DNA from: Patescibacteria group bacterium
Lineage (GTDB): Bacteria > Patescibacteriota > Patescibacteriia > Magasanikbacterales > GWA2-37-8
DNA: 64,000 nucleotides
NCBI GenBank assembly: GCA_041649475.1
Contig: JBAZNA010000001.1
Coordinates: 814,594-878,593 of the forward strand
Reading direction: 5' to 3'
The notes under the pieces were generated by a model that searched no databases, was not told the DNA's origin, and saw only the letters and a list, made by a program, of their open reading frames with translations. The position numbers and the translations under genes were made by a program. Shown here piece by piece: positions 16,295-26,129 of the stretch (positions within the stretch are counted from its first letter, which is position 1; the number at the start of each line of letters is the position of its first letter).

Positions 16295-19200
16295 TTACTG
16301 TGGCGCGACAATGATACTACCGAAAAATGAAGTTGAAGCAGTAGTCAAATAATTGTCGCACTCATTGACATAAGGGGATGTCCACCCCTTATCATAACAC
16401 CCACCCAGCCCATTGTGATCACAACTCCCATTACACCACCCCCAATTATCCTTCACCTGCACGGACGGTTTGAAGACGCAACAGCCACCCGGGAAACGCG
16501 CGTCCGGACAAGTGTCTTGCCAGCCGGTGCCGTCTTTTAGACATTGGTAAACGTGGTCAAAACGGAAGTATGAGTTGTCACAAGATTTATCCAATATCTG
16601 ACCGAAATTGACAGACAAACTCTCCGACAGACACTGATCCAAATATTTACAATCAGCGGATTTAACACAAGTTTTGCCGGTGTCCACGTTAACTGTGGTG
16701 CGACTGTCTGTGGAAAGGGCAGAAATATATTCCGTAGCTTGGACTTTACAAGTGCCGTTTGTGCATGTACCGGCAACTACGCCGCGATGGTTGCGATAAT
16801 AGCCATTAAGGTTGGTCAAATCACCGTCACCCCAACTGACAATAACATTTCGCAAAGGCATTTGATTGGCGTCGGCAAAGGCGTAAAATTTAATGTTGGC
16901 CGGGAAGACGTATGACGGAGAAACTACATTACCGGTTGATTGATCGTTGACGGTGATACCCGGATTACCTTCACCGCATCTGCCGGCTAAACATGCTTGC
17001 GTGTTAAGAGAGCGGACTTCGGGCGGTCTCGGTGTTAATCCCGAACATGCTTGCACAGAACTTCCGCTTAAGGTAACGTTCGGACAAATGTTTTTATCTC
17101 CTTTTTCCGTATAATTATTGTTGACGTAATAGGTTGAATTGGGAACATAGGCCTTTGAGTTAAAACTATATTCCAAATCCGCATAAACGCTCGCAAAAAT
17201 CTTGGCCGCGGCCTTTTGGCCTTGATCTAAAACAAAGTTGCTGGCCGGACTCTTTTTAACTCCGCCTGAATCGGTGGTCATGGTACAACCACTGCCATTA
17301 TCATACTGACAACTGAAAGGAGCGCCGGAAACTTGTTTGGGGGCTGTTAAATTGTATTTACACGTACAATCATAAGTCGTGCCGTCGGATTTTACCGGAC
17401 AGGGATTGCACTCACTCTCCGCCTTTGGCATGGCGCCGACAGGACTAAGCACAACAGGACTAACCGGTTGGGTATTCTGACCAATACTGCCAAATGGACT
17501 ACGATTGGTTAAATAATCATAACCCACCCAATCAGCAATCTCCGGTCCGCCAAAATCTCTTATTGAATACTTTGATTTTTGCCATAAACGATCTGTCCAA
17601 GCCACAGCGCGTCCGCCACTGGGATTAATACCACTGTCAACGGACACATCCAAAATCTTTTCGCACCACTGCCTTACTCTAAATTTCACGTCATAGTTAA
17701 TATGTCCTGTATTAGCAGAATCATCACAATAAGCTAAATAATAACCCAAAAACTTACCGGTATTTTCATCAAACTTTAACCGAACAGCATGCCAATTTCC
17801 AAAATTTTTACTAGATAATGTACAGATATCATCCATACTGATGCTTCTATTCCAAATGCCTTCCACGCCCAAGCTTCTGTTGTTAGAGGTTTTTAAAGTG
17901 TCGGCTTGCAGAATATTACCGGATAATGTGGCACAAGTTAAAGTATCCCCGCTATAACCATAACAAACCGAACCATCATCCTTAAGATAAGTGCTATTTA
18001 CCGGGTCGGCCTCATTCTTGGAAGCGCTACTATACATTAATATAAATTCATTTGCTTTACCTAAATATTTGCCAACTACAGCATGCCCAAAAGGACTAAC
18101 ATTACCGCCTCTGGTATTAAGAGCAAACACTGCTTGAGGGGTTCCAACAGGCGCGGTATTATCATTAGGCCAAACTTCAAAAACAGTACCTACTCTAGGA
18201 TCCTCCGTATCATCACCGGTCACCGTGAATTGAATTTTTTCTATGTCAGCCAAACGTAAATTCTTCTCTCCATTATTTGAGTCAGCAGGCACAAAAGCTC
18301 TTATATATGCATTGTCGGATTGTTCCATCCACCATCCGGTCTCGAGAATATTCGTATCACCCAGACCATTTGCGGTGTGCATTTGTAAATTTTCAGTACT
18401 CCCCTCTATGGCGGGATTTGGCTTGGCCGTCCACTCAAAATAATAAGGAGTAGCACCTACATATCCCATCACTTTATTTCCACTCAAACAATAATACCTG
18501 CCTCCATTTGAAGGATTAACATATCCGGCTTCCCTGTCCTGGCCATTGACATCCGGAGCGCCGATTAGAGTGTCAACCGGATACCAAGTCAAACAAGTGT
18601 TGGTCTTGCCGTCCGCGTTTAATTGTCTGGAAATATCCGGCTCCAAACAATAACCGTGCCAGCCCACAAAACTGGTTTGCTTGGTGGCTTTGTTGCAAGT
18701 GCCGCCGTCCGGACAATCAGCATCGGTTTCACAAACCTTGCCGTCACGGGTGCCATTGGAACAAATTCCGCCCACCACTCCCTTAATCATCGTATTGTTC
18801 ACGCCGGCAATGCCAACCAAATTATTCGGATTGCTTAAATTCCAATACTTGGAAATTGAATCCCCATAACTGACTTTTGTATAATCACATTCGCAGGCAC
18901 CCGCCGCACTCGCATCAGTGGTCACACCTGTCCCACTTTCATTGCACAAATTCGCGCCGGCATAATTTTGCGCTGATTTCAAACTTTGCGTGTTCGGATA
19001 CGGCGCGCTTTCTTCCGGATAATTGCGGCAAGTTTGTTTGGGCGCGTTAGCGTCAAAGTCGGCGGCCGTGCCGTTTGGGTTTAAAACGCAGACCGAATTA
19101 TTGCTGGCGGTTTTTTCACACAAACCAATGCCGCCGCGGCCGCACTTATCCGTACCTGCTTTGCAAAGATAAGATTCAGTTTTGGTTGAATCCTGGCAAT

Positions 19201-22200
19201 ATTGCGCCTCGCCGCAAGAAATTTGTTTGACTAAACGCCAATCTGCATTAGTGTTGCTTCCGCCGATATTGACCTCGCTTAATTCTTCAATCGGGAAAGT
19301 GTCCAGCAAACTGTAACCGGCAAAATCCATACCTTTCCAACTGATGTCGCGGTTGCGATACAGTGTGTCGCTTAAAACCTGGCCGGAATAGGCGCTGATA
19401 CCGTCAATCCAATGCGCGCAATTAGTTATATCACTGTCAGTAAATGATTGCGGCACCTGGTCACAGCGGCCGATCCTGTCGCAGACCTCTTTATAGGCGC
19501 CTTTGCTTTGATCCCAAACCCGATGCGATGAACGGCACTGCAGCCATTCACCGCAAGTCCGGTCGCGGGTAACTTTTATAATGGTATTAGCATCATTATT
19601 GGCAGTACTGGTTGGCGGCACGGACTGTTCATTTAATGATTTACTGATCGCGTAAGTAACTTCCGTATCAAAAAGTTTGTTCGGCAGATCTGTCTCGTCA
19701 AACAAGATACAACCGTCTTTCTGGCTTACCTGTCCATTACATTCGCCGATTTTTTTAGACAAATTGTCATTGTTGATAACATAATACGATTTATCACTGT
19801 CATGATGATCCACAAATTCGGTACAGCCGTTTTGCTCAACCGGACACTCGCCGACAAAATTTTTATATTTATCCTGTACGCCGTATGACCAAATATCATA
19901 GACATTGCCGGATTTTATATAATCCGGATAACATGGCTGGGTGCCGTCGCCCACGCCTTTCCAGAACCAGCCGGCGGATTTAACGCCATTAACGGTGATA
20001 TTAGTTCTATAGGCACAAATCTTTTGGCCGATAATTTTTGGATCTTTGAAATACATCGTGCCGTTTCCATAAGAATAGGCGCTGCAACCGACCGCTTCAT
20101 TTTGACACAAGATGCTGTTATAGCTGGCCGGATCATTTTTAATAAGCACGTCATTATATGCCTGACTGCTAGTAGTTTGAGCTATTTGTCCGGCGCTTAC
20201 ACAGCCCAAATCAATGGAATTGCAAGTCGCGTCTTGATTGGCCACTAAATAAATCGGTGACTCTGGTGTGGTATCCGGAGGTATATATACAGTGGAGGTT
20301 GTGATAAAGGCCTTACTGCCGGCTTGTGTTTGGATTTCGGCAATGGTCGCTCCATTTATATTAACATAACAACCATCACGATCTTGCTGGATCTGACATT
20401 TGTATTCTTGGCTGTTAATAGTGACACTGACATTTTGTCCGGCCGCGCCAACCAACCAAACATTATACGCCTGTGCGTTCGAATTATCAGGAGTATTGAA
20501 GGTATCAAAAAGTGCTGTGCAACCAATCGCCCCTTCTCGGCACAAATAACTGAAGCCGGTTAAATAAACCGAAGCGGCGGCCGGAGTTTGATATTTTGAA
20601 CAACCCAGGGCCTCGCCGGGTAAATTATCGCTCGGCTCGCTATCGCAAACCGAATCAACGCGCAATGAATTTTTAACCAAATAAACATAATCAGAAACTT
20701 CAGTAAAATGAACATTATCAATAAAGACAGTGCCATTACCGCCCAAAGAGAACACTAAATTGGTTGACGAGACACTGCCGGAAAGTTCAACCGGTCCGAG
20801 GTGATAATACTGCCAGGTATCGCTTATTCCGACCGTACCCAAATCACTTGGTGGCGACGGTGGACTGGTTTGATTTTGTAATGAAACCTTAACGCTGTTC
20901 GCGTTGCCCTTTACCCAGAAAGTTAAATCATAACTCTTTTGCGGAGTTAAATTTAAATTTTGTTTGTAAAATGTCTGGCCGGTAGTGCCATTATAGGCCA
21001 AGGAATGTTCACCGACATGGGTTGACTCCAAAGATACGCCAAGCACTCCGCCCGCACTCGCCCAATTGATGGCGCCTGTGCTGGTTACTCCTTCAAAACT
21101 ATCAGTAAAAATTGTTTGGATATTATTTCCGGCATTGCCTTTATAGGCGTGGCAAGTATTTGCAAACGCGGAACATGATTGGCTTGAACCGGCATTGGTG
21201 TAGGTGCCGGCGGCCAAGCCCATATAAAAACACTGGCCATTTCGCAGTTCACCGTTTAAAAGACAGTTGCCGATGCTGTCAAGCTCCGGATTATCCAAGC
21301 GATATGGCGTGCACTGATCGGAAACCACGATTGTTTTTGAAAGCAATTTATAATAAACATTTCCCTGGTCATCGTTAAATTGACGGCAATCCAAACTGGC
21401 GGTACCGGCTTTATATTCTGCTTCGCTACAGGCCGTATTACTAAACGTTTTCGGACTGCCATCCGTGTCTTGTTCTAAAAGAAAGGCCTTTAATTGATAC
21501 CCGCCGGCGGTTGAGCCCTCGTAAGTGTAAAATTTCTTTTGTAAATTCGGATCCGGATTTATACACGGACGCAAATAAGAAAAATATTCAACTCTTTCCA
21601 AACCGGCCGTGGTAGTGCTTAAATTGGTAAAACCGGTACAACCCTCATCTTGAGCGCTGCACTTATTTCCGGAGGAAGGAATGATGTATGAAATTGATTG
21701 GCCGTTTGAATAATTGTTCGGCATCTCGCGGTAAGCCGCGTAGCCCTCGCAGCGCGCATCGCATTGATCGTTCCAAATAATATTACCATTATCAATCGCG
21801 GCTGGAGTGAAGCGCCCGGGAATATTATCACCGCCATAAGTTATGGGCGTATACCAATTACAATTCACTTCATCGGGCGTGCAGGCCTGGGAATAATTTT
21901 GGCAGTCAACTGTTGGCTGTAATCTAGATAAATCCGCTTGAGTTCGCGGCCAATCAATTTTTGGCGTGGCTAAATTAATATCATAACACTGGGCGTAGTA
22001 AGGAGCTTTTTTCAAGTACGCGGTAATTGACGAGCTGGCCACATTAAAGGCCGAACAGCCGGCCGAATCAGCCGAACAACTGGAAGATAAATTATGATTA
22101 AAATAAATAACAGAATTTTGATCACCGCTCACTAAATCATTTCGCGAGTAACCGGTCCAGACCCCGGAGGTGACGGTGGTATAATCTTTTTTCAAACTAT

Positions 22201-23998
22201 AAGCCGTACAGCCCGCATTATTGGCGTCGCAGTAACCGGTATCCAAAGTCCGATATAAATAACTCACGGTATTGCCGGTGCTGTCTTGAAATGTTTTACA
22301 GGTGCGATATTGGGCATCGCAGGTTTGGGCATCAATTTTCCAAATATTTTTTTCTCTGGTGCAATAACCGCTGATAGCACAGCTGCCATTGCTGTCATTC
22401 GCCACACAAGTGCTTAAATCGACGCACTCCTGCTGACGGTTTGGGCCGCTTGAGTCCGCCAAACTGGGCCCGTAGCCCACAACATTACACCTGGCGGCCG
22501 GGGCTTCCAAAACCCAATTCGGATCTATTAAGTGGCAAAATGGTTTATTGATCGGATCATTCTGCACCCCAACTACATTACCGCGGCTGTCTTTGATAAA
22601 AATACAATCATTAAACCCATCCACAACCTGTTTGAGCGTCCATGGCTTATCCGGATTACTGTAAAGGGTCGCAATTTCAAAACCAAGGGGCAAGACCCTG
22701 GCTTTTCGCAGTTTGGCAATGTTGGCGTAGCAATACGCTGAATTGTAACAAGATCTATTGGTATTGTCGGACACGCGCTCCGGCGGGATAAGTTTCCAAT
22801 CGCCATGAAGCCAATTTTTTGCCAAGGCCTCGGCGATTGAAACCGGTGTACCAAAACCCTCTTCCTGTGCCGCCTGCACCAATCCGCCATCGGCTACACA
22901 GTTGTCAGGACCGGGATTATCAGGACAATTTGAAAAATTGGAGAGCACATCATACTGGCTTACCTCAATAGTCGGCGGCACCAACAGTTCGCTGAACATA
23001 TTTTGCGCGGCGGCAATTCCACCTGTGTATTCGGCATCATAGTTGGCAACCACATTACCGGTGGCCGGACAATTACTGCCCACACAGCCCAGACCAAAAG
23101 GCAACATGCCTTTGGTCATGTAATTTTTTAACATCGTGCCGGCCAAGGTCGTCAAAAATAATTTTGCCGCTCCCATCATTGAGCCCTCCAGACCGGAGCC
23201 AATGGTGGCCATGGTGCTTTGCTGGCTGGCCGCGATTTTTTTATCCGGAGTATTGCTCAAACCGACTGCCTGATTAGCGGCCGCCGGACTGGTGATACCG
23301 CCTGAAATCGGCTGGGTTGACGGTTTAAATCCCTGACCCTCTTGTCTTTGTAAAGCAGCGGCGGCACTTTCTTTAGCCACCATATTATCAATTTTTTGTG
23401 AAGCGCTCATGGCTAAGCCAATATCGCTCTGGCCAACCTGAAAAGAAGCATTAAACCTGTTTTCCAAGGCCTGACCGCTGTATTGACTCTTCCAGCTGTT
23501 GGCTGACCAATTTTTTTGAAAATCACTGAAAGTACAACTTGGATTGGTTGGTGGGGCATACTGCATTTGCAAACCAAGACGAAGGGCCAGATCCATTCTT
23601 ACGTCCGGAATTTTACAAAGATTCAAACCAAACGGTTTGCCAAGCTGTTCAATGGCCACGCCGGCCGCGTTGTTGGCTACATCTCCTAAATAGCTGCCAA
23701 AACTTTTGGTGTGGGCCAACGTGCCCTGACCCTTGCCGCCGGAAGCGACATAAACGGCCGTGTCATAAGCGATTTTTCTGACAAAATAATCAACGGCTCT
23801 AACCACGGCATTAACAATGGCGGTTTTGAATCCGGTTTGAACTTTATTTTTAATTTGTACAGCATTAAATGCGGCCAAAAGAGCCGCGTCGGCAACAGGC
23901 ATCCCCTGCGCGTGAGCCGGTATTGCTTGAAACAAAAATGGAAACAAAAATATGAACGTGATCAGTCCGATAAAAATTTTTCTAAACCTGAAAAACAT
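16295..23998 (-). CDS. giant (2567 aa) secreted Cys-rich surface protein
   Basis: Uninterrupted 7.7-kb ORF. N-terminal signal peptide MFFRFRKIFIGLITFIFLFPFLFQAIPAHAQG, then a Cys-poor ~270-aa region, then >100 Cys in N/T/G/S-rich sequence. Includes a jelly-roll/CBM-like segment (SFEGVTSTGAINWASAGG...TFWVKGNANSVKV). Confidence 0.85.
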   Translation of the reverse strand: MFFRFRKIFIGLITFIFLFPFLFQAIPAHAQGMPVADAALLAAFNAVQIKNKVQTGFKTAIVNAVVRAVDYFVRKIAYDTAVYVASGGKGQGTLAHTKSFGSYLGDVANNAAGVAIEQLGKPFGLNLCKIPDVRMDLALRLGLQMQYAPPTNPSCTFSDFQKNWSANSWKSQYSGQALENRFNASFQVGQSDIGLAMSASQKIDNMVAKESAAAALQRQEGQGFKPSTQPISGGITSPAAANQAVGLSNTPDKKIAASQQSTMATIGSGLEGSMMGAAKLFLTTLAGTMLKNYMTKGMLPFGLGCVGSNCPATGNVVANYDAEYTGGIAAAQNMFSELLVPPTIEVSQYDVLSNFSNCPDNPGPDNCVADGGLVQAAQEEGFGTPVSIAEALAKNWLHGDWKLIPPERVSDNTNRSCYNSAYCYANIAKLRKARVLPLGFEIATLYSNPDKPWTLKQVVDGFNDCIFIKDSRGNVVGVQNDPINKPFCHLIDPNWVLEAPAARCNVVGYGPSLADSSGPNRQQECVDLSTCVANDSNGSCAISGYCTREKNIWKIDAQTCDAQYRTCKTFQDSTGNTVSYLYRTLDTGYCDANNAGCTAYSLKKDYTTVTSGVWTGYSRNDLVSGDQNSVIYFNHNLSSSCSADSAGCSAFNVASSSITAYLKKAPYYAQCYDINLATPKIDWPRTQADLSRLQPTVDCQNYSQACTPDEVNCNWYTPITYGGDNIPGRFTPAAIDNGNIIWNDQCDARCEGYAAYREMPNNYSNGQSISYIIPSSGNKCSAQDEGCTGFTNLSTTTAGLERVEYFSYLRPCINPDPNLQKKFYTYEGSTAGGYQLKAFLLEQDTDGSPKTFSNTACSEAEYKAGTASLDCRQFNDDQGNVYYKLLSKTIVVSDQCTPYRLDNPELDSIGNCLLNGELRNGQCFYMGLAAGTYTNAGSSQSCSAFANTCHAYKGNAGNNIQTIFTDSFEGVTSTGAINWASAGGVLGVSLESTHVGEHSLAYNGTTGQTFYKQNLNLTPQKSYDLTFWVKGNANSVKVSLQNQTSPPSPPSDLGTVGISDTWQYYHLGPVELSGSVSSTNLVFSLGGNGTVFIDNVHFTEVSDYVYLVKNSLRVDSVCDSEPSDNLPGEALGCSKYQTPAAASVYLTGFSYLCREGAIGCTALFDTFNTPDNSNAQAYNVWLVGAAGQNVSVTINSQEYKCQIQQDRDGCYVNINGATIAEIQTQAGSKAFITTSTVYIPPDTTPESPIYLVANQDATCNSIDLGCVSAGQIAQTTSSQAYNDVLIKNDPASYNSILCQNEAVGCSAYSYGNGTMYFKDPKIIGQKICAYRTNITVNGVKSAGWFWKGVGDGTQPCYPDYIKSGNVYDIWSYGVQDKYKNFVGECPVEQNGCTEFVDHHDSDKSYYVINNDNLSKKIGECNGQVSQKDGCILFDETDLPNKLFDTEVTYAISKSLNEQSVPPTSTANNDANTIIKVTRDRTCGEWLQCRSSHRVWDQSKGAYKEVCDRIGRCDQVPQSFTDSDITNCAHWIDGISAYSGQVLSDTLYRNRDISWKGMDFAGYSLLDTFPIEELSEVNIGGSNTNADWRLVKQISCGEAQYCQDSTKTESYLCKAGTDKCGRGGIGLCEKTASNNSVCVLNPNGTAADFDANAPKQTCRNYPEESAPYPNTQSLKSAQNYAGANLCNESGTGVTTDASAAGACECDYTKVSYGDSISKYWNLSNPNNLVGIAGVNNTMIKGVVGGICSNGTRDGKVCETDADCPDGGTCNKATKQTSFVGWHGYCLEPDISRQLNADGKTNTCLTWYPVDTLIGAPDVNGQDREAGYVNPSNGGRYYCLSGNKVMGYVGATPYYFEWTAKPNPAIEGSTENLQMHTANGLGDTNILETGWWMEQSDNAYIRAFVPADSNNGEKNLRLADIEKIQFTVTGDDTEDPRVGTVFEVWPNDNTAPVGTPQAVFALNTRGGNVSPFGHAVVGKYLGKANEFILMYSSASKNEADPVNSTYLKDDGSVCYGYSGDTLTCATLSGNILQADTLKTSNNRSLGVEGIWNRSISMDDICTLSSKNFGNWHAVRLKFDENTGKFLGYYLAYCDDSANTGHINYDVKFRVRQWCEKILDVSVDSGINPSGGRAVAWTDRLWQKSKYSIRDFGGPEIADWVGYDYLTNRSPFGSIGQNTQPVSPVVLSPVGAMPKAESECNPCPVKSDGTTYDCTCKYNLTAPKQVSGAPFSCQYDNGSGCTMTTDSGGVKKSPASNFVLDQGQKAAAKIFASVYADLEYSFNSKAYVPNSTYYVNNNYTEKGDKNICPNVTLSGSSVQACSGLTPRPPEVRSLNTQACLAGRCGEGNPGITVNDQSTGNVVSPSYVFPANIKFYAFADANQMPLRNVIVSWGDGDLTNLNGYYRNHRGVVAGTCTNGTCKVQATEYISALSTDSRTTVNVDTGKTCVKSADCKYLDQCLSESLSVNFGQILDKSCDNSYFRFDHVYQCLKDGTGWQDTCPDARFPGGCCVFKPSVQVKDNWGWCNGSCDHNGLGGCYDKGWTSPYVNECDNYLTTASTSFFGSIIVAPQ

Positions 23999-24006
23999 AT
24001 TTTTGA

Positions 24007-24642
24007 TTATTGCCCGGTAATTTGACTGCTAATAGTGGACGAAGCCAAAATTTCCTGAACCATTACCATTAAATCAGCATCTGAAGTGCTGTCTAAAACC
24101 TTTTTTTCAACCCCGGCCGATAGGAGCATTTGTCTGACTTGAGCCGGGTCGGTTAAGGCCTGACTCAAAGCGTCAATGCTGGCGCTTGAGTCGGGCTCCT
24201 GCATTTGACTGATCACTTCCGCAGTAGTACTTGGCGACCCTCCGGAAAGCGGCACGGCTTCACTGCCGCCATTTACACAAATTTTGGTTTTTTCATTGCA
24301 CAAGGGGCTTGAACCTTTGGCTATCTCTACCCCGTCGGGAATGCCGTCTGAATCCGTATCAGCCAAATACGGGCTGGTTCCGTATATAAAAATTTCATCA
24401 AAATCGCTAAGCCCGTCATGGTCGGTATCGCGGTATTTAAGGGTATCAATATTGTTGACAACACCGCTGTCAATCGGCGGCACTTCTTTGTTAAGCGCGA
24501 GCGGACCATACATGGAATTTCTAATCTGCAAAGCGCCCAAACCGACCGCAAAAATAGCAAAAATCAACAGCAAGACAAATCCCATCTTCTGCGTCTTTGT
24601 TAGACCGGGGCGAGAATTTAGTTCATCTGGCATATCTACCAC
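24007..24642 (-). CDS. membrane-anchored protein with thrombospondin type-3-like Ca-binding repeats
   Basis: Single TM (FVLLLIFAIFAVGLGAL) then DTDHDGLSDFDE / DTDSDGIPDGVE Asp-rich Ca-binding loops. 8 nt upstream of the giant gene. Confidence 0.55.
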   Translation of the reverse strand: MVDMPDELNSRPGLTKTQKMGFVLLLIFAIFAVGLGALQIRNSMYGPLALNKEVPPIDSGVVNNIDTLKYRDTDHDGLSDFDEIFIYGTSPYLADTDSDGIPDGVEIAKGSSPLCNEKTKICVNGGSEAVPLSGGSPSTTAEVISQMQEPDSSASIDALSQALTDPAQVRQMLLSAGVEKKVLDSTSDADLMVMVQEILASSTISSQITGQ

Positions 24643-24688
24643 CGAACATCTTTTAATGTTGGTGATATTATATCACAGATTTAGCTAA

Positions 24689-25522
24689 TTAATAAGTGGA
24701 TAACTTGCGAGCGAGATCAATCCAATTTTGAACTGATAATTCCTGGGCTCTTACCTTGTTATTTAGCCCTAACTTAGTGAAAATTTCCTGAAGTTTTGAT
24801 CTGTTTTTCTTATTGATTAGGTGCTCGAGGTTTTTTATCAAAATTTTGCGCTTGTTGGCGAACCCGGTTTTGACGATTTTAAAGAAAAATTCGGTTTCGG
24901 TTTGGTTTTTGAGTTGGGTTGGGTTTGGCTCTATTTTTATTACAGCCGAGTCAACAGCCGGTTCGGGCCAAAAATATGCCCTGGGAACATTTGTGATAAT
25001 TTCGGGTTGGGCAAAAAACTGGACTGAAACAGATAACACCGACATGTCCCCTGGTTTGGCGCAAATGCGCTCGGCCACTTCTTTTTGGACCATTAACGTA
25101 GTGGATTGCGGTTGATTTTGTGAGGTGAGCAAGGTGCGGATAAGGTTTGAAGTGATTTGATAAGGGATGTTGGCCACGACTTTGTATGGTTCTGTTGGAA
25201 ACACCGGGGTTTTTAAAACATTACCCCAGATTATTTCTATATTGGGGTGGGTTTTTTGGATTTCTTCCCAATACGGGGTCAATTTTTTTTCAATTTCAAA
25301 AGCGATGACTTTTTTGGCTTTTTCGGAGAGCGCCAAGGTGAGCACGCCAAAACCCGGGCCGATCTCCACAATTGTGTCATCAGCTTTGATTTGGGCGGTC
25401 TCAAGCATTTTTTCAATCAGCTCCGGATTAATTAAAAAATTCTGGCCGTATTTTTTGCTGGGTGTGAGACCGTATTTTTTACAAAGCGATTTTAGATAAT
25501 TTTGATCAAACAATTTGGACAT
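24689..25522 (-). CDS. rsmA: 16S rRNA (adenine1518/1519-N6)-dimethyltransferase
   Basis: YGQNFLINPELIEKM...IVEIGPGFGVLT SAM-binding motif typical of KsgA/RsmA. Confidence 0.85.
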   Translation of the reverse strand: MSKLFDQNYLKSLCKKYGLTPSKKYGQNFLINPELIEKMLETAQIKADDTIVEIGPGFGVLTLALSEKAKKVIAFEIEKKLTPYWEEIQKTHPNIEIIWGNVLKTPVFPTEPYKVVANIPYQITSNLIRTLLTSQNQPQSTTLMVQKEVAERICAKPGDMSVLSVSVQFFAQPEIITNVPRAYFWPEPAVDSAVIKIEPNPTQLKNQTETEFFFKIVKTGFANKRKILIKNLEHLINKKNRSKLQEIFTKLGLNNKVRAQELSVQNWIDLARKLSTY

Positions 25523-26129
25523 TGCCTTGTCTTAAAATTTTTAATTCATTGCCGACAACACTGACAATGGTCGAGGGTTTATTTTTTGGCAGTTCGCCGT
25601 AATCCAAAATTATATCAGGTTGAAACGCTTGATTTGAGAAATTTTTTATAATTTCTTGAGCGCTGTAGGTACTTTCGGTTTCAGAAATGTTGGCCGATGT
25701 GGCTACCAACGGTTTACTAATCTTCTCGGATAAAAATTTTGGAACCGGATGACTGGTTACGCGCAAGGCCAAAGTTTTTTCTGTTGAAACAACACCATTG
25801 GCCAGTTGATACCCAGTCGGCTGGTCGTTTTTATATTCCCCCACTATTGTCAGTGGTCCGGGCCAATACTTGCTGGCCAGTTGTTCCAACAGATCATTCC
25901 ACTCTAAATATTTTTTTGCCATCTCAATTGTCGGCACAACCACCAGTAATGATTTTGTCTGCGGACGTTTTTTAATGGCAAAGATTTTATCAACCGCCTT
26001 TTGATTGGTCGCGTCACAACCCAAACCGTAAGATGTTTCGGTGGGAAAAACAATCGTCTGGCCGTTGGTAAGTTCAGCCGCGACCTCTGCCAAATTTTCT
26101 TTACTTAAAATTTTCATGATTTTATCCAT
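25506..26129 (-). CDS. tsaC: L-threonylcarbamoyladenylate synthase (YrdC/TsaC family)
   Basis: YrdC signature VFPTETSYGLGCDA and KIFAIKKRP. Confidence 0.8.
   Translation of the reverse strand: MDKIMKILSKENLAEVAAELTNGQTIVFPTETSYGLGCDATNQKAVDKIFAIKKRPQTKSLLVVVPTIEMAKKYLEWNDLLEQLASKYWPGPLTIVGEYKNDQPTGYQLANGVVSTEKTLALRVTSHPVPKFLSEKISKPLVATSANISETESTYSAQEIIKNFSNQAFQPDIILDYGELPKNKPSTIVSVVGNELKILRQGNVQIV

Noticed and set aside
13281-16300. Explaining the GC-rich genes as an assembly chimera or contaminating contig fragment
   Set aside because: The GC-rich coding segments are embedded between AT-rich promoters, leaders and terminators that are contiguous with native flanking genes. Strongly GC-skewed third positions with native-looking regulatory DNA are more consistent with integrated foreign genes. 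This still needs read-level confirmation.
16114-16311. 65-aa minus-strand ORF overlapping the end of the giant gene and the intergenic terminator
   Set aside because: It spans the bidirectional terminator hairpin and has no RBS; most likely spurious.
16537-23895. Numerous 60-105-aa antisense or alternate-frame ORFs within the 2567-aa gene
   Set aside because: All are nested in a single long, uninterrupted ORF with a signal peptide. There are no independent start signals.
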